DNA of 58,885 nucleotides. It comes from an uncultured Butyricicoccus sp. GTDB lineage: Bacteria > Bacillota > Clostridia > Oscillospirales > Butyricicoccaceae. This document shows positions 57,816 through 58,885 of this stretch, in pieces; the stretch's first letter is position 1, and the number at the start of each line of letters is the position of its first letter. The notes beneath the pieces were generated by a model that ran no database searches, was not told where the DNA came from, and saw only the letters and a program-made list of their open reading frames with translations. The stretch is from contig CAZEMM010000002.1 in the NCBI GenBank assembly GCA_964513445.1, positions 1 to 58,885 on the forward strand, in the 5' to 3' direction. Both the position numbers and the translations under genes were made by a program.

Positions 57816-58553
57816 ATGAAAATCATTCGCGCAAAGGATTATAACGATATGAGCCGCAAGGCAGCGAACATTATTTCGGCGCAGGTCATCCTGCAGCCTG
57901 ATTCCGTGATTGGCCTTGCGACCGGTTCTTCGCCGGTCGGCATTTACGAACAGCTTGTCAAGTGGTATCAAAAAGGCGATGTGGATTTTTCCGGCGTGAC
58001 AACAGTCAATCTGGATGAATACTACGGCCTTGCGCCGGAAAATGAGCAGAGCTACCACTACTTCATGCACACGCATTTTTTTGATCACGTCAACATCGAT
58101 CCGTCGCGCATCAATCTGCCTGACGGCACGGAAACGGATACAAAAAAGGAATGCGCGCGATACGACGCGCTACTGCAATCGCTCGGCGGCGTCGATCTAC
58201 AGCTTCTGGGCATTGGCCGCAACGGCCATATCGGATTTAATGAGCCGCGCGACTTCTATGCCAAGGGAACGCACTGCGTTGATCTTGCGCCCTCTACGAT
58301 AGAGGCGAACAAACGCTTTTTTGCCAGTGCGGACGACGTGCCGCGCCGCGCCTACTCGATGGGAATCCACACGATTATGACAGCGAAAAAGGTGCTTGTC
58401 GTAGCGAGCGGCGAGGATAAGGCGCAGGCAATTCGGAAGTCGTGCTTCGGTCCGGTTACCCCTCAGGTGCCCGGCTCCATTCTTCAGCTGCATAATGATG
58501 CGATTATTATTGCGGATGAAGCGGCGCTGTCGCAATGTGACGGTCTGCTGTAA
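57816..58553 (+). CDS. nagB: Glucosamine-6-phosphate deaminase
   Basis: GLATGSSP, NLDEY, LGIGRNGHIGFNEP, VPGSILQLH. Confidence 0.95.
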   Translation: MKIIRAKDYNDMSRKAANIISAQVILQPDSVIGLATGSSPVGIYEQLVKWYQKGDVDFSGVTTVNLDEYYGLAPENEQSYHYFMHTHFFDHVNIDPSRINLPDGTETDTKKECARYDALLQSLGGVDLQLLGIGRNGHIGFNEPRDFYAKGTHCVDLAPSTIEANKRFFASADDVPRRAYSMGIHTIMTAKKVLVVASGEDKAQAIRKSCFGPVTPQVPGSILQLHNDAIIIADEAALSQCDGLL

Positions 58554-58584
58554 GTGAGCTGGACGCCTGCCCCAATCTTTATCA

Positions 58585-58621
58585 CCCCGGATCCCGTTCA
58601 GGGATTCGGGGCCTTTGTTTT
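58585..58621 (+). terminator. Probable intrinsic terminator
   Basis: CCCCGGATCCC-5-GGGATTCGGGG then CCTTTGTTTT. Confidence 0.6.
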
Positions 58622-58722
58622 CCCCAAAAACCGCGGAAATGCGCGCAAACGCAAAGAGAATGCAGCCCCGTTTTGTATAATACGGTATAACTACCTTGAT
58701 ACACGGCGGGAGGATACAGGCA

Positions 58723-58885
58723 ATGCGCAAAATATATGGATACATTCGCGTATCCGCGAGGGATCAGAACGAGGACCGGCAGCTCATTGCGCTGCATGAG
58801 GCTGGCGTGCCGGAGAAAAACATCATGATGGACAAGCAGTCGGGCAAGGACTTTGACCGACCCGCCTACAAGCGGCTGATGCGGA
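58723..58885 (+). CDS. Serine recombinase (resolvase/invertase family), 5' part only
   Basis: Own translation: MRKIYGYIRVSARDQNEDRQLIAL...DKQSGKDFDRPAY; YxRVS catalytic motif; GGAGG RBS. Runs off the window. Confidence 0.88.
   Translation, partial: MRKIYGYIRVSARDQNEDRQLIALHEAGVPEKNIMMDKQSGKDFDRPAYKRLMR

Noticed and set aside
12800-58500. Many long antisense or overlapping ORFs in the track (for example 32403-33569, 22417-23409, 53626-54618, 39857-40756)
   Set aside because: Shadows of GC-rich coding strands with no motifs or RBS, fully overlapping well-supported genes.
1-58885. CRISPR arrays, tRNA, rRNA, tmRNA or SRP RNA
   Set aside because: No regularly spaced repeats or RNA signatures were seen in any intergenic region.

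Overview
Chromosomal segment of a spore-forming, moderately GC-rich Clostridia bacterium (an Oscillospirales/Butyricicoccus-like host is inferred from gene content only). A core block (about 11.8-46.7 kb) carries yccA, a D,D-carboxypeptidase, ylbJ/yqfC/yqfD-phoH-ybeY-era-recO-mutS2, an HPr-like protein, uvrC-rsmD-coaD, the dcw cluster (mraZ to ftsZ), corA, a MATE pump, a Ser/Thr kinase-LRR protein and a thioesterase. The left accessory region has a probable IS4-family end, a ROK-regulated SDR/FGGY-kinase/MFS polyol module, a sulfur-transfer operon (larE, rhodanese-TtcA fusion, TcdA/ThiF, small Cys-cluster protein, PLP C-S lyase) and a stand-alone BirA-regulated bioB. The right accessory region has a two-component-regulated sugar ABC cluster with GH4, PfkB and NagB, followed by a serine recombinase cut off by the window edge. 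The most interesting signals are the sulfur operon, its leader (consensus promoter, Cys-codon leader peptide, intrinsic terminator, metY remnant), an HPr with Tyr at position 15, and a PTS-independent GH4/PfkB/NagB amino-sugar pathway. No CRISPR array, rRNA or tRNA was seen. All family assignments come from motif recognition by eye; no database search was run.
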